Notes under the pieces: generated by a model
Seen by the model: the letters and a program-made list of their open reading frames with translations, nothing else
Databases searched by the model: none
Told to the model about the DNA's origin: nothing
Shown: piece by piece, positions 1-14,294 of the stretch
Layout of the letters: every line of letters starts with the position of its first letter
Position numbering within the stretch: position 1 is the stretch's first letter
Source: Veleropilina oligotropha
Taxonomy: Eukaryota
Length of the DNA: 50,316 nt
Assembly: GCA_048128005.1 (NCBI GenBank)
Contig: JBEUKZ010000013.1
Coordinates: 186,001-236,316, forward strand
Reading direction: 5' to 3'
Position numbers and translations under genes: made by a program

Positions 1-600
1 ATGTATTTGAAAATATGCTTTTTCAAGAAAAAAGGGATTCGGTTAAATTTTTCAGTTGAAGGTTTTCTTACATTTATTGGATGTATATCAATACCATACC
101 TTTTCATATGAATAATACATATCATAATCTTTCATTTAAGATCCAAGGTTTAAAAAAATAATTGTAATTTATATTTTAAAATGACGTATTTGAACATATA
201 CTTTTTCTAGAAAAAAAGAACTTGTTTAAGGTTTTTGGTTGGTTTTCTTACATTTATTGAAGGGATATCAATTATACCATATCTTTTCATATGGATAATA
301 CACATTATAATCTAAGTTTTTCTTTCATTTAAGACACAAATTTAAAAAAATAATTTTACTTTATATTGTAAAATGATGTATTTGAACATAGACTTTTTCA
401 GGAAAAAACGGGATCCTGTTCAAGTTTTTAGCGATAGGTTTTCTTACATTTATTGGAGGGATATTAATACCAAACCTTTTCATATGGATAATACACATCA
501 TAATCTTTCATTTAAGACCCAAATTGATTTTGTTTTTAAATTTATATTGTTAAAAGACGTATTTGAACTTATACTTTTATATGAGAAAATGGGATTTGGT
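1..600. repeat. Degenerate tandem repeat, ~185-190 bp unit, 3+ copies
   Basis: GTATTTGAA(C/A)..A(T/C) unit starts recur near 1, 185, 377 and 557; shared GGTTTTCTTACATTTATTG, CTTTTCATATGGATAATACACAT and TCTTTCATTTAAGA blocks. Confidence 0.8.
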
Positions 601-904
601 CACCGTCAGCTTACAACCCTTTATTAAATGAATGTCATTATTTGATCAAATTTGCATCCCTATTGATTTTAGAGGCGGGGGATTTGCCCATTTTGTAACG
701 GCCTGTTTCCTGTTTTAAAACCTATGGTTATATTGAGACATACCATTTATTGGAGGAAAGCCCAAGAAACCGATCCTATTTACTGTGTCTGCATGATAAA
801 TCCAAAGTTCATGCAGTATGTCTAGTGTAATACCACACCACTTGTCACCAGGAGAGTTGCAAGTGAAATATTTGAACAGATTTTGGCATGCTAAATATCA
901 TATA

Positions 905-1245
905 TAGTTTGTTGTTTGGCCAGCCTGTCAGGCAGGGCTCTAGTCGGCGGGAGCATTAGCACGTACGTTTAGTGAAGACAAACTGCCGTACCTAAATCTT
1001 CAATATTTTGGCATACACCTTACATACCATCAGATCTTGCCTACTTCAAAGATGAGGTCACTGTGCCACGTACAGTTCAATGTCATTTTTGCCTATTTTC
1101 ATTCTGTCACTAGGAAGATTGCTTTCTGTCGCATAGAAGACGAACCAATAGTCATATATGCCATTGATATTTGTCAAACACCTTGTATACAATCAGACCT
1201 TAAATAAATTCAAAGATGAGATTACTGTGTGAAAGGTCAAGACTA
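905..1245 (+). mobile_element. Probable Helentron-associated (HINE/DINE-like) fragment
   Basis: Short 5' hairpin GCCTGtCAGGC, followed by two copies of a TTCAAAGATGAG(G/A)T(C/T)ACTGTG core (near 1046 and 1210). Confidence 0.3.
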
Positions 1246-3356
1246 TTTATTATGTAATATTTACATTCTCTCATGTGGTTTGACAATGTGCAGATGTCAC
1301 ACTGGAAGTAATTTGAATGCATACAGTAGATTAAAATGCAATATAAATATTTTGCATGTATTTCAGGCCTTGAATCAAAATCCTACTTGGTTATAGGGAA
1401 GATGCTTTCATATTTCCTGGTGCATCGAGGCCCAAGCTTGCAGTTTCTAAATCCACTGCTGTATTCATGTATTGCTGGTGTTCAGGTTGAACCAACTATC
1501 GATGATTTGACAGACTTTGATGTTAAATCAACTCTTCAGAAGGTATTTATTAAATAAGTAAAATAATATTATAATTCTAAAATTAAATGATCCAAAGGCA
1601 TTTAGCCAAACAAATGTTTCACTAAAAGCAGCCTTGGAAATATATGAATAATCTGGGGATATTTGTTCGGACTGCATACCGGCTATTATTTTGCAATCAA
1701 CACCCTTCTAGCTCATTCATTGGATACATCGCGTCAATTTTAATATTGGTCATATCCGACCTTTTATATTGGGTCAACGCAAGCATTATTTCACTTCTTA
1801 CTCCATACGTAACAGATGACCATCAATGCCAAACGTAAATTATAGGAGCAAACATTGCAAAAAGCATGCTCATGTTGACTGTGCAATACATGAACGTATC
1901 TTGCAAGCATATTTTGTTAGTGACCGAATACATAATTACCTCACTCTAACTGAATATATATCATATCTGATATCATGCATAAAAATTGTTTATTAATAAA
2001 TGTGAATATTCGCACTAATATATAGTCTGCAGTTTTAATATCACAACAAAATAACCTAAAGAGCATTTTAAATGAAGATTTGTTAATGAGCATTATGATT
2101 TATATATGTGTGAAGAATACTTGAAGATAAATGGTTGGGTAGGTCAGCATTTAATGTAGGTTTTTGTCCAGTTGCACATACTGTCCTAATATCATGTATA
2201 TAGTAATCTTCACCTTCAGCAGAATGCAGTTGACAGATTATACTTAAGCAAATTAAAATATATTATTTGGGGTGTGGGTCGTGGTGCTGTTCATGGTAAA
2301 TTTTGTAGTCTGATTTACATCTAATCATGTGAATAATGGCGACGCACTTATAATTAAGTTAATACATGATCAATACATAATATATACTGCTACAAAAAGT
2401 TCGAAATGTTCTGATTTATAATACAATTGCACTTTACGTTGTTAATTTTACAGAAACAGGAAATTTATAATAATAATGACGTGAGACCACAATGAAGATG
2501 GTGCCAACAGAAACGTTCAAATGAATTAAGGGTAACCCCCCCAAAAAAAAAAATCAATACTTCATCTTTGCATCACGCCTTTTCGTTATCGAATTGCGTA
2601 CACACATGTACCATGGTTTTAACAATAAATTATCATTAATTTTCCGTGCCCACACGAACTGCAGTATCTATGCATAGCATTGTTCATGACCCCCACCACG
2701 AGTTTCACTCCACCTACACGCATAAATAAAATAACGTTGTCCCACTGGGCCTAGCTGATAAACCGAAAATGCATGTTCTCTGCACAATAACAAACGTCTT
2801 TGAAGATTGTTTTTACTCAGGGTTGGAACTTTATTAATTTTAGCTCGATCGCCTAGATCTAAAACCGACAGCAAGCAGACGATTTTCCATCGATCGTTTG
2901 GTCGGATACGCTTCTCCGACCTTGAGTCCCGGAGCGACATAGGTTAGTTGTTATGACGCTAAGTATCTGAGTTCGATTTCCGGGTGTGAAAAAAATAATT
3001 ATTTGACATTATATGTAATTATACGTCGCCTCAATTGCACACATCATCCGTCTATCTTGTAGAGACGTTCAACGGGGCCCAGACACCGTAAATTATAATC
3101 ATAAAACTAAACTGATTCAAATCAAATCAAAACTGGCTTTATGTCTGAATCTCCCCCCGTATTTCTCTGGCATTTATAAATCAACGCCTTGTGAATGTGT
3201 TTTGGTACACCTTCACGTGAAGGGTGGGTTGCAACTCGGGGGTGTGGATCACAAAAAGTGACCCCAGTACGTGTAATCACAAGAAAATAATCAGCATTCA
3301 CTGCTAAAACATCCGAAATTTTAGTACACAATATTATTCAATAACGAAAAAGGCTG

Positions 3357-3570
3357 ATGCGAACAGTAGTGGGTTCAAACCTCGGCAGGGTCATCACACA
3401 TTTGTTCAAATTATGAATCACAGTTGTCCGTAACTGGTCGGAGATGGCGGGTTTCCCCGGGAGACTGGGCTTTCCTCCCGCGATAATATGGACATGTCCT
3501 AGCTGCTTTGAACCGAATGATGGTTGGAAATATACAGGACATTAAACATCGATCCTTTCCTTTTCCTTTT
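3357..3570 (+). mobile_element. 5'-truncated tRNA-derived SINE with V-domain-like core
   Basis: B-box GGTTCAAAC, core GGCGGGTTTCCCCGGGAGACTGGGCTTTCCTCCC and a (CCTTT) tail; homologous to the copy at 45394-45591. Confidence 0.7.
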
Positions 3571-4047
3571 AAATATAAGTATACATGGCTTCTCAAATAT
3601 GTTGCACTGGCAATGAGTTCCAATCGCCATGGAACAGATTTAGGTAAGAAAGTTATATTATATAATATATGATTCTGTTTATGAATTTGGGACACATATT
3701 GTCACTATTTATATAGAGGAATATTAGGACAGTTGGCCAATATTAGGTGGTATAAATTAATTATGCAGGTGCGAAGGACATTGTTTATTAACTATTTTCT
3801 ATAATTTATATAGGCTATAACCGATATCACGTCTTGTTTTGAGGCATTGAAAGGCGATTAATAGTACTGTTTATGGAAAGACTCAATATAGAGCTAAATC
3901 GTGGTTGGTCAGTTTTTAGGTTACTTGATTCTGTCTTCTTCCTTGAAATTGCCGTTGTCGACGACAGCTGATCTATATTCAAGGCGATGAAGTTTATTAG
4001 TTAAACAAACAAGTTTCCTATTTACTTTATATTTGAATGTTTGCAAA

Positions 4048-5087
4048 TTATTACCCTCGCCTCCAGAGGAGAGGCGAGGGTAGTGCAATCGGTTCCGTAT
4101 GTATGTACATTCGCATAACTCGTAAACTATTGATAAGATTGATTTGAAGATGGTCTAGATTGACATCCGAGTTCAGATTTTACGACGCAATATCCGGTTT
4201 ACGGATTTTCGGCTGTAGCGTTAAAACGCTTCGTCGTACAAACTTCAAATTAGGCTCAAAATGTTCTTTAGATTACGGGACAATGACATGATGAATTATA
4301 TAGGATCTACGTCACCCAAGATGGCCGTCAGTGGGATTGTAAACTTAAAAAATTGGAGGTCAAATCGAATTAAATTGTGTAAATTCGTCGTTTAAATCGT
4401 AGTACTGATGAAATTATATTGACATCAGCAAAAATATTTCGAAAATAATGTGAAATGTGAACTTTATAAGCATTTTAGAAATCAACCAAATCAAAATGTG
4501 CAACAACGGGCCGTAAATCGGTAACCACCGACTCCAAACACCTTAAATTTTAACAAGTGACAGAGTGAGACATTATCTACAACTCTTCTCGATATACTTT
4601 GTGTGTTCGAGAGAATTTTTAGCAATAATTTTTGTTCCGAAATTAAAGTTGTCGAGCCGTTGCGGTATTTGTGATTGCTCTTTAAATACTTCTAACGCCG
4701 TGATATAATTTACACCATTAAGCAAGGTTACCGTAATCTACCTTTCTGTAAATTTTAGGTATATCGCTTCAGTAACTATTGTCAGCTTCGGCAAATTTAC
4801 AATAACAAATCGGACACCAAGTATATATATATATAGCCTACAATCGCAGCTACGTATATTTAGACAAGTACGAATAGCGCTAACGGTTAAAGCGTCGTCG
4901 ATTAATCTTGAGGTCTGGGGTTCAAATCCCGTTATTTCCATTTTTTTTTTTTTTTTGTTATTATTACTTGCATTTTGTTGTGATTTTTATGATTGTAATT
5001 CATGTTCAAAAACATTTAATTCTGACTTTCGCCGTCGTCTTCCTTGGCCCCGGCGAGGGTTTGCAATCCCCTCTGATTACCCTTGTT
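4048..5087 (+). mobile_element. Helentron-associated non-autonomous element (HINE-like)
   Basis: 5' ACCCTCGCC(4053)...GGCGAGGGT(4073) hairpin and a GTAT microsatellite; 3' GGCGAGGGT (5052-5060) followed by the small hairpin GCAATC..GATTAC and CTTGTT. Confidence 0.65.
4869..4940 (+). pseudogene. tRNA-like Pol III unit inside the HINE
   Basis: A-box-like TAGCGCTAACGGTTAAAGCG, B-box GGTTCAAATCCC, ends ...TTCCA followed by a T run; stems pair poorly. Confidence 0.5.
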
Positions 5088-5960
5088 ACTACTAGTTTGG
5101 TACCTGCTTCGACGGGTGAGTGGATAGAGCGTCAGACACTCTATTTTAATTAGTTTAATTTGCAACAATCGTGTGCGAAATGTATTGTTAATTACCGTCA
5201 AAATTCATGATGACGTAACTGTCTGGTAACCATTTGTTGATCTATATTGTATGAAGGCAAGAAATATACACAGAGACAAACTTCAGTATCTTAAATCAAT
5301 GTCAAATGAATCCATAATCCTGTAAAAGGCATAATTAATTTACATAAAGTACTATACATTCCCTTGTGTTGAGGTTAAAATGCATATTTGCACTTTAATA
5401 TCCAGTAATCTCTTATCAACGTTATAAATATATGTAATGGATTATGACAATGCTTTAATTTAGAGAAAATCACAAACTTAAGACTGTACACAACCAGGTG
5501 CACATGCATGGTATTATGTGACCTTTATATGCGCAAGGTATGAATTACCCGTTTACGCAGCCATGGAACATTCCAATCATTTGACCCACGTTCTTTTAAT
5601 AACAATTTCAGTTTGAACTCCAGAAGGTGTTTCATGCATATTCTCTGTTAATTACTTGAATTTTCTGATTGGACTTGTCAGTTCACGTGATCATATTTTG
5701 TGACATTTTATGTAAATGAACCAGACCAGAGGAACCATAGTAAACCGTACTATTCGACACTGGTCGATTTTTCAATCGTTTCGAGAGACATATCGTCATA
5801 CGTCATCGAATTGTTAGAGAACGAACATCGACGAGAGTCGATGAAGAGTGAACTTTGTGTCGGTGAATTCACGAGCATTACCGATGACAGCGAAAACATT
5901 GTCGAAACTGCTTACGGAAACGAAAGAAAGCCTAATTCATGAACTAGACTATAGTCTTAA

Positions 5961-6598
5961 GGCCTTCACACACCAACGCTGTGCGTAAGCAGCACAGCGC
6001 AGCGCGTGATACCACAAACAGTCGCTCATGTTATTTTATGATGATCAACCTTAATTAACGCAGCGCTTGAGCAGTGCGTGAGCAGCAATATTTTCGAATC
6101 GCGAAAAAAGCTATTTTTGCTGCTTGCTGCCTCGACGCGCCGGGAAATCCCCTTTTGATAATGTCAACAAGAGCAAGAGTTTAATCGAATTGTTCTTTGG
6201 ATATATGAAACACTGCTCGCAATGTATGCATATCCACATGGACACGCCATTGACACCGTTTGCTTCTCATATACACGTACACATGTACAATGTCTTCTTT
6301 TTCACGACCCGTCCGCAACTAAATACGTTTTTTCCATAATTGAATACGAACATTTAGGCCTACATGTAAGTTCCCTGTAATATACACAGAGTAAGACTCA
6401 ACAAGGTTTGCATGTATTTTAAGCATGTGTATATAGCTTTTATCATGCATTCAAATGTTCGTCAGATAGCTCAAAATAAGTATATTAATTACTGGTACCA
6501 TCTTGATGCTTGTCTGCTCGAATGTGGGTACAAAATAAACGCGTCAACGCGCTGTGCAGCACTGCGCTGCAGACGCGACGCGTTGGTGTGTGGAGGCC
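5961..6598. mobile_element. MITE with ~19 bp TIRs, TTAA-flanked
   Basis: Left TTAA|GGCCTTCACACACCAACGC; right GCGTTGGTGTGTGGAGGCC|TTAA. Confidence 0.85.
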
Positions 6599-7629
6599 TT
6601 AAGGTTGAGTGTAGCGTAGCACAATCGGCGCATGCGAGATTTGCGAGTTCTATAAACGTGAATATTTCGATTGAATTAAGCAACTGTTGGCAGCACGAAT
6701 TAAACATCGTCATTTGGCCATATATGGATTTTAGTAAATGCAAATTAAACAATTATTTAGATAAAATAAATTATTTTCATCAAATATAAATTATTTTATT
6801 ACAATTATGCTCCTGATATAATTATTTTCTCCTATATAACTAGTAGGGGCCTACGGTGTAACGCAGCTTATCCTGTGTGAATAATTGTCAAAGTTTCTTA
6901 ACACAAATAAATATTTTAATCATGAAATCGGATGTTTACCCGCCATATTGTAAGGGATATTACATGTCGTTGTAATGGTTATGACAGCTAATTAAGCGCT
7001 TATTAACCGATTGTCAGTTTACAACGTTCCCCAGGGTGTTCTTCGCGTTAGATTGCGAAACATCTCTATTATTTATCCAGATCACCGTATTGAAAAACAT
7101 GGCGATGTCGAAGTATTGACTCGATATATATTAAAGTCGAAAAAGGTAATATTCAAAGATTATGTCTTAATGAGCCTTAAATCTGTCTTTAATATATTTA
7201 ACAGAGATGCATGTGATTTAGAACGAGGGCCATTTGTTATTATGGCGGCTCTTATAATTCGTAAAGACGACTGTTTTACTGAAATTCATCACGGGGAAAT
7301 AACGCGAGTACATCGGCTCTCAGTAATTTCGATCATTTGTATTCGGATGTCACAAATTGGTAATTAATATGTTGTAATTGCTACCTAGAAACGATCACTC
7401 AGATATAACATTTATATGTGCATATAATTATTAAAACTAATTACAAAGTGTTAAAACTACTATTTAAACCATTTTTATGACGTCATTCTATTGTCTTGGC
7501 CCGTGGTCTAACTGGCCATATTGTCAGTTAGACCATGGGGGGACCACTTTCTTACACTAAAAATTGGTGTATTAGGTTATTAAAATCACATATTTTAAAT
7601 TATTTTACACTTTTGCAATGATTTAAGTC

Positions 7630-7755
7630 GGTTATATCACTTGGTTTGTGTTATATAATCGGAAAAGCCTGTGCAGTTAATGAACTCGGTGTCTGGCGCC
7701 TCGTTGATTAACTGCAGGCTTTTCTGATTAGACAACCAAACCTCGTGGTATAACC
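7630..7755. repeat. Long imperfect palindrome (hairpin end of an unclassified repeat)
   Basis: Arms GGTTATATCAC..GGTTTG..AATCGGAAAAGCCTG..CAGTTAAT and ATTAACTGCAGGCTTTTCTGATT..CAAACC..GTGGTATAACC. Confidence 0.75.
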
Positions 7756-8215
7756 TATATTTAAAGTTGCATTACCCGTAATTAAGTAGAGAAAAACGCT
7801 TTTAATTTTAAAACCTAGACCGCAAACATATTTTTGACAGTTGGCTAAAGTTAGAAACTTTGCAATTTTCCCCCAAATATTCTAGAGACGGAGTCCGTGA
7901 AGCGCCTACGAATTAAAAGTAAGAAATAATAAAACCGGACACCGGTTTTATTATATGAGTGATGGACGTTCGTCGAAGGGAATTTCGTGAAGTTGGGTAC
8001 TGTCGACGTTAACTTTGGCTTTGTGGACCGTTGAGCTGCAAACTTATCACTAATTAGTATTTGACGTGTTTCAATAAAACTATACTAAAAAATGAACGAG
8101 TCGTCTCGTTCGTCAAAGGCAGAATTTGGAAATTGCACGAAATGCATGCATCCTTAGTAATTATAATGGCGGTTAGATCAAACGATTTCAGCGACGAGCA
8201 CCAATTTCAGCAATG

Positions 8216-8525
8216 ATTTTTGTCTCGCCTGCAGGGAAAGAGACAGGTATTGCTTTTCTGTCGGGGTTGTCCACAATTGTTAATGTATTGCGTTTAGCTC
8301 TGTTTCTCAAAAAGTATATGTTCTAGATCAACATAACTTGGACCATAGATGCTTCATGGGTACTGAATGTTTCGGATGCTTGATATATAACCTTGATTTT
8401 ATGTACCGTGACTTTGTCAACATAGTAATCTGTGTTATGTTTTTACGTTAAGTTTTTGCGTTTAGCTCTGTTTCTCAAGAGTGTTCTAGATCAATTAAAC
8501 TTAGACCATAGATGCTTCATAAGTG
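8216..8525 (+). mobile_element. HINE-like fragment with a tandem core repeat
   Basis: Starts TTTTTGTCTC..GAGACA; two copies of TTGCGTTTAGCTCTGTTTCTCAA..GTTCTAGATCAA..GACCATAGATGCTTCAT (near 8288 and 8456). Confidence 0.45.
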
Positions 8526-10156
8526 TATGAGCTGATGGAAGCACATACATATTAATCCTTCCGATTTTCCCCCTCACTTCCCCCGTCCATGCTCCCCCCC
8601 CCCCCAAGAAAGTAGTTACATGATTTATTTTTGCTATGCCTACACACTATAGCTATTATGAAAAGTTTCATTATGCATTGAAATATTGAGGATAGAAAAA
8701 AGCAGATATAGTTATGTAAGTGTTATGTTTGTTTGATGAAATGGCCATATGCTTATATTTTAACAGGGTTGATTCTGGCATTGTTTTAGGGCCGCCGGGC
8801 GGCCCCACTTTTTCCTGGCGGCCCCATTGTTTTACCTATATTTTTTCCCAATTTACAATCACTTCAGATCAATTTATAACAATTATCATTTTCGCCATAT
8901 TGGAAATTAGTATATTTTTATGCAATATGTGGTACCCCTGCTAGATTAAACATCGCTTGCAACCGTTTTATAAAGTACGACGTTACTACGGTTAGTAACA
9001 TCGTTTGCGAAACAAAAATAAACAATACTTTATCTGTACGGGACTTCATGGCAATGTCAGCGCCTTGTTCGAAAACTAAATTTTACGCTTTCTTTTTCGG
9101 GATTTTCCGTCAACGGTCGCCGCTTCTGGCGCACGCAAAATCTGTCGCAGATGATTTTGTTTTCAATTTTTCAATATAATGATTATTTTGATATTGATAT
9201 AGTACTTAATTACTTTGTTTCCAATGTTTAGGTGCCCCGCATTATTTCTTAATGAAAACGTGACATTTACAAAGTGAAAGTTGTCGGAATTTCCAGACAC
9301 CACGTGTGTTTTTTTAATTCGTTTTGCTTTAATAGAAAATTTAAGTAGTAGGTAAGATTTGATGCCTTATGAGTCGACGTATCGTATTATTAGTTAATGA
9401 TTATGCCATACAAAAATGTATTCTGTTTCTGGTTTCCGCGCGTGTCAGTTCCAACCCCTGCGCATCAATATTTTATATTTTTTGTAAAAAAGGACAAGAC
9501 ATTATCAAATGGTTCGTGTGCATATACTGTAATCAAGGTTTCGTTTCTAAGAAGCGTGATCGCACGTCAACTGTCTGGGCAATAACATTCTTTGACAAAA
9601 CGGAATATATTGCATGTAGATAGATATTCTATTGAAATACCATGGATAAAGTTACATAATAATACCTTCATGCTGTAAATATTATGCAGTCTTTACTCAT
9701 TGAAAATGTTATAAATTCGTGGCAATTCGCGCAGACAAAACAGTCCCTACTAATGGTGGCTAGCCATGTCAGGGTTTCCATCCCTCTCGGCTGTTCCAGT
9801 AACGTTAATAGACGGAACAGCCAAGTTTGCTCCAGATATCAAATGCAAGAGTTTATCAACAGATCTGAGGAAACACGTCACAACCACAATCCCTAATTTG
9901 CATACATGTGACGCAAAACACAGTCCTGGGCACTGACAGCAATAAGAAAGGTCAACGTTTATGAAATGTATTATTTATTGGAGGTAAAATAAAAATGAAA
10001 GGGCACAGAAAGAGAAAACAACAAATTAAGCAATATAAATAATAATAATGCATGATCATGATGACAAAATAAAAAAATATTTTATATTTACAAGAAATAT
10101 AATAGTGAACACTGAATTGACTGTATATGTATGTATACAATGCATGAGTGCTCCAT

Positions 10157-10329
<173 letters not shown>

Positions 10330-10408
10330 AAGTTACGACAGCCGTGTTAGTCCAATTAATAAATAAATATACACTGATGGGACTTTAAGACTGACAATTT
10401 AATATAAG

Positions 10409-10448
10409 TTTCCGAGCTTTCGAGAACACAGTCTCTTCCTCAGGGAAA
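10409..10448 (-). ncRNA. Second copy of the minimal hammerhead, in the inverted pLTR
   Basis: Exact reverse complement of 11891-11930. Confidence 0.85.
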
Positions 10449-10761
10449 TCAGTGGAATAATAGTGTTCAAATATTAACATGACGTTGCATCATATGTGAC
10501 GTAACAAGAGTGACGTCAAAAGGCGTAACAGGCTAAATTAATTAACTAGTGCTCTACATGTCAACAGTAATTTGCCATAAATCCGTAGTCCTTATTTAAT
10601 CCCTGCTCCACTAGATTCAATTTTCGGATGATGGTCTGCTCCTCTGCTTCGCGCTCCAGACGAGTTTTAAATGATTTTTTCGAAATGATGGCGAATTTCA
10701 AATCACTTACGGTGTGTCCAGGAAGGTTAAAATGATATTGATATAGTACTTAATTACTATA

Positions 10762-11778
10762 ACAGCATTTAACAACTTTCACCCGACGATTAAATTTACT
10801 ATCGATTATTCATGTGAGCAGGTGAACTTTTTAGATACAACGGTTAAAATCAAGGATGGCAAGCTGAAAACAACACTATATCAGAAATCAACAGATAAAT
10901 GCAACTATTTATCACCTTCCAGCTTTCATCCGCAACACACCATCAAGTCAATCGTATACAGTCAAGCCATAAGATGTAAACGCATATGTTCCGATACTGC
11001 TGACAGAGACATGAACCTTCAGCAGTTACAAAGAAATTGTGTACGACTCGATTACAATCGCAAAATGGTGGCCCAACAAATAAAACGTGCAAATAATAAA
11101 TCAAGGGACAAATTACTACAATACAACGATAAAGAACATTCCGATAGAACACCATTAGTGGTCACGTACAACACCCAGCTTAAACCACTGAAGCGCATCA
11201 TTACTGAACTTCAGCCAATCCTGCAAGCCGACGCAAGTCTAAATAAAATTTTCGAAAGCACCCCATTAATCGCGTACAGGCAAGGTCCCAATCTCCGCAA
11301 ACATTTAGTTTGCAGCAAATTACGAAACTCGAATTCACCAAGAGGAACAGTACCTTGTGTCAATAAACGGTGTCAACTTTGTGCGCATGTTAATAGCGAT
11401 TCTTCCATAACTGGACTGAACAATTATACGTACAACATCAACGTCAATGGCGATTGTAACTCCAGTAACGTGATTTACGCCATTACTTGCATCCGATGTC
11501 CATCAACCATATATGTCGGTCAGACAGGACAGTCAATTCGCTTAAGAATAAATAATCACAAGTCCGACATTCGCAACAATAGCCCACTTAAGCCAGTAGC
11601 AATTCATTTTAACCTTCCTGGACACACCGTAAGTGATTTGAAATTCGCCATCATTTCGAAAAAATCATTTAAAACTCGTCTGGAGCGCGAAGCAGAGGAG
11701 CAGACCATCATCCGAAAATTGAATCTAGTGGAGCAGGGATTAAATAAGGACTACGGATTTATGGCAAATTACTGTTGA
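10762..11778 (+). CDS. Penelope RT C-terminus/thumb plus GIY-YIG endonuclease (5'-truncated)
   Basis: FNNFHPTIKF..VNFLD, LYQKSTD..YL...SFHP, SIVYSQAIRCKRICS; Cys-rich linker PCVNKRCQLC; NVIYAITCIRC..IYVGQTGQSIRLRINNH; C-terminal GLN. Confidence 0.92.
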   Translation, partial: TAFNNFHPTIKFTIDYSCEQVNFLDTTVKIKDGKLKTTLYQKSTDKCNYLSPSSFHPQHTIKSIVYSQAIRCKRICSDTADRDMNLQQLQRNCVRLDYNRKMVAQQIKRANNKSRDKLLQYNDKEHSDRTPLVVTYNTQLKPLKRIITELQPILQADASLNKIFESTPLIAYRQGPNLRKHLVCSKLRNSNSPRGTVPCVNKRCQLCAHVNSDSSITGLNNYTYNINVNGDCNSSNVIYAITCIRCPSTIYVGQTGQSIRLRINNHKSDIRNNSPLKPVAIHFNLPGHTVSDLKFAIISKKSFKTRLEREAEEQTIIRKLNLVEQGLNKDYGFMANYC

Positions 11779-11890
11779 CATGTAGAGCACTAGTTAATTA
11801 ATTTAGCCTGTTACGCCTTTTGACGTAACTCTTGTTACGTCACATATGATGCAACGTCATGTTAATATTTGAACACTATTATTCCACTGA

Positions 11891-11930
11891 TTTCCCTGAG
11901 GAAGAGACTGTGTTCTCGAAAGCTCGGAAA
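11891..11930 (+). ncRNA. Minimal type I hammerhead ribozyme in the pLTR
   Basis: TTTCC-CTGAGGA-A-GAGA(CTGTGT)TCTC-GAAA-GC-TC-GGAAA: stem I TTTCC/GGAAA, CUGANGA core, stem II, GAAA, palindromic AGCT at stem III. Confidence 0.85.
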
Positions 11931-11969
11931 CTTATATTAAATTGTCAGTCTTAAAGTGCCATCAGTGTA

Positions 11970-12139
<170 letters not shown>

Positions 12140-14294
12140 CTCTATTTATTTGAAAACTACTGGATTAAATTTCACCAAAATTGGTATATATGCATTCCCA
12201 CAAGTATTTATAGGTCGTGCTAAACTTTCGTGACACAATATTTGCAAGATGTGCATTATATAGCAACCTGTTCCATCGCATTACTAAATAATACTATATT
12301 AATTCCTAAGACGTAATTTTGGCGCAGTTTCTATTTTTGCTCTTTGGAAGTATACCATGCTGAAATAAAAAATGTCCCAGATAAAAAAAACCTGCATGGC
12401 CGCATCATTTCTCAGTTGACCATGAAACCAGAAACAAAACATTTTCTGTTTTTGACTTATTTGCGGTAAATAATTTAATTGTAAGTTATATTTCAGTAAA
12501 TTTTTAATTAAAGATGTTGTAGTGAAAATGAGTAATTTGAATAAAATCATTATCTGCTTATATGTCCGATCCGTTAGATACACCGGGTTGGCGTACATTT
12601 ATGAAAATACTTCACAAAGTAACAATTTAGCGTAGAATTATAATAAAATCCGATATAATTTTCTGTCAGTAACTTAGAAATGTTATAATATTGCATTAGG
12701 AATGTGGATTCCACCGGTTAAATCCGGGAAGTAATATAGACATGTCCAGGTTTGAAATACATCTTAACAATACGTGGTGAAATTCCCAATTTGAATTTGT
12801 TACGTATAAAAATTCCCAATCACAGGGCTGGCAGCCCCAATTATTTTTTTGTGGAATCATCCCTGATTTAAGACTTGTGCACTGCTGATAGGCACAGTAA
12901 GCTGTTAAGCTTAATGGTTACTCTGAGAAGCTGGGATTATCAAAATCAGATGGATTTTGAAAACTGGCTTCCCCATTGGTTTATTCCATGGGTATCTTGT
13001 GATAGCAGTATATATTGCCATAACAAGAACAGAGTCTTAATCCAGTGTCTAATATCGCCCTCCTCAACTGGTCAAGGTTCAAGTCATTATATCCCCAGAC
13101 TATTGTCCGGGATGCTATTTTGTCAAGGTGTGGCTGCTAAATCTATTTAATCTCGAGCATATAATAATAAGATTTTGTATTTATTTCTGTTTCTCTGAAA
13201 CTTTTTAAGTCTTACAATAACTATATTAGGATCAGCACTGCATAGGTTGTTACTTCTTAATTCTTACTTTACAAACTTATAATGTGGCCCTTTTCAAAGT
13301 AAGCGGGGACGGGCGAGACATATAATTCTGCGGAATTTCTTGTTTATTATAAAACAACAAACAATGGACATTATTTCACTTTGAATCATCAAAACTTTTT
13401 TATAGCATCTACATATAGGTAAATAAGGCATTTGAGGGCATTATGTCATAATTACTGGCAATAAAAATGTATTAGAATTCCTTCTTCCAACTAGTATCAT
13501 ATATACATTGACATAATGTTATTGGCTCAATGTATCTTCAACTTTGACCTTTCCGTGTCCAGGCGTAAGTTTGATTCAATCGGTAAACTCCCTGATTAAT
13601 TTTGCTCTGTTATTATTGCAGGGTAGATTTTTTCATCATGCGATAAAATGTTATGTTATGACTATGAAACATGTTTATAACCTGTGTGTCAGCGAGCCGG
13701 TATACATTTATAAATCATTCGCATCCCTATGTTTGTAAATGTCAGTCGATACCATACGCATATTGACATGTTACAAACATTAATGTTACGCAAAAGTATA
13801 GATGTTTGTTTTCAACAATTTTTGCCAGCTTCCTTGCAAATTTTTTCCCCTAGCAATATTAACGTGTTGATATCGACTGGGGGCGTCACATGATAGGAAT
13901 GATTTTTTTTAATGTTTTGTGCCCCCAGCGAGAAAGTCATGAATTATAAACATTTATGTTTTTGTCATTAACATTCATGTTCTTCCTTTTATTCCAGTTG
14001 AAATTAACGGCCGAATGAAGACGATTGATGTGTCATAACGATTTCGCTGCTAGACTTATTCACCAATCAAAGCAATGTCAAATTACTTGGCGGCGTGATA
14101 CTGGGGAACAATTCACAAACGGGACAGTTCTTTCTACAGTAACTTCGAAATAATGTCTGACTAAGTGTCTGTGACAAATCACTCCATGATGTTTTTAAGC
14201 TTAAATACCACGACTGTCAACGCCATGTCGTGCGATTTGAACGCATGTTCTTTGTAATCAGTGACTTTCCCAAGCACGCAATCCTAGGCAGAAA

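Noticed and set aside
4869..4940. Functional tRNA gene
   Set aside because: The acceptor and anticodon stems do not pair properly, and it lies inside a repeat.
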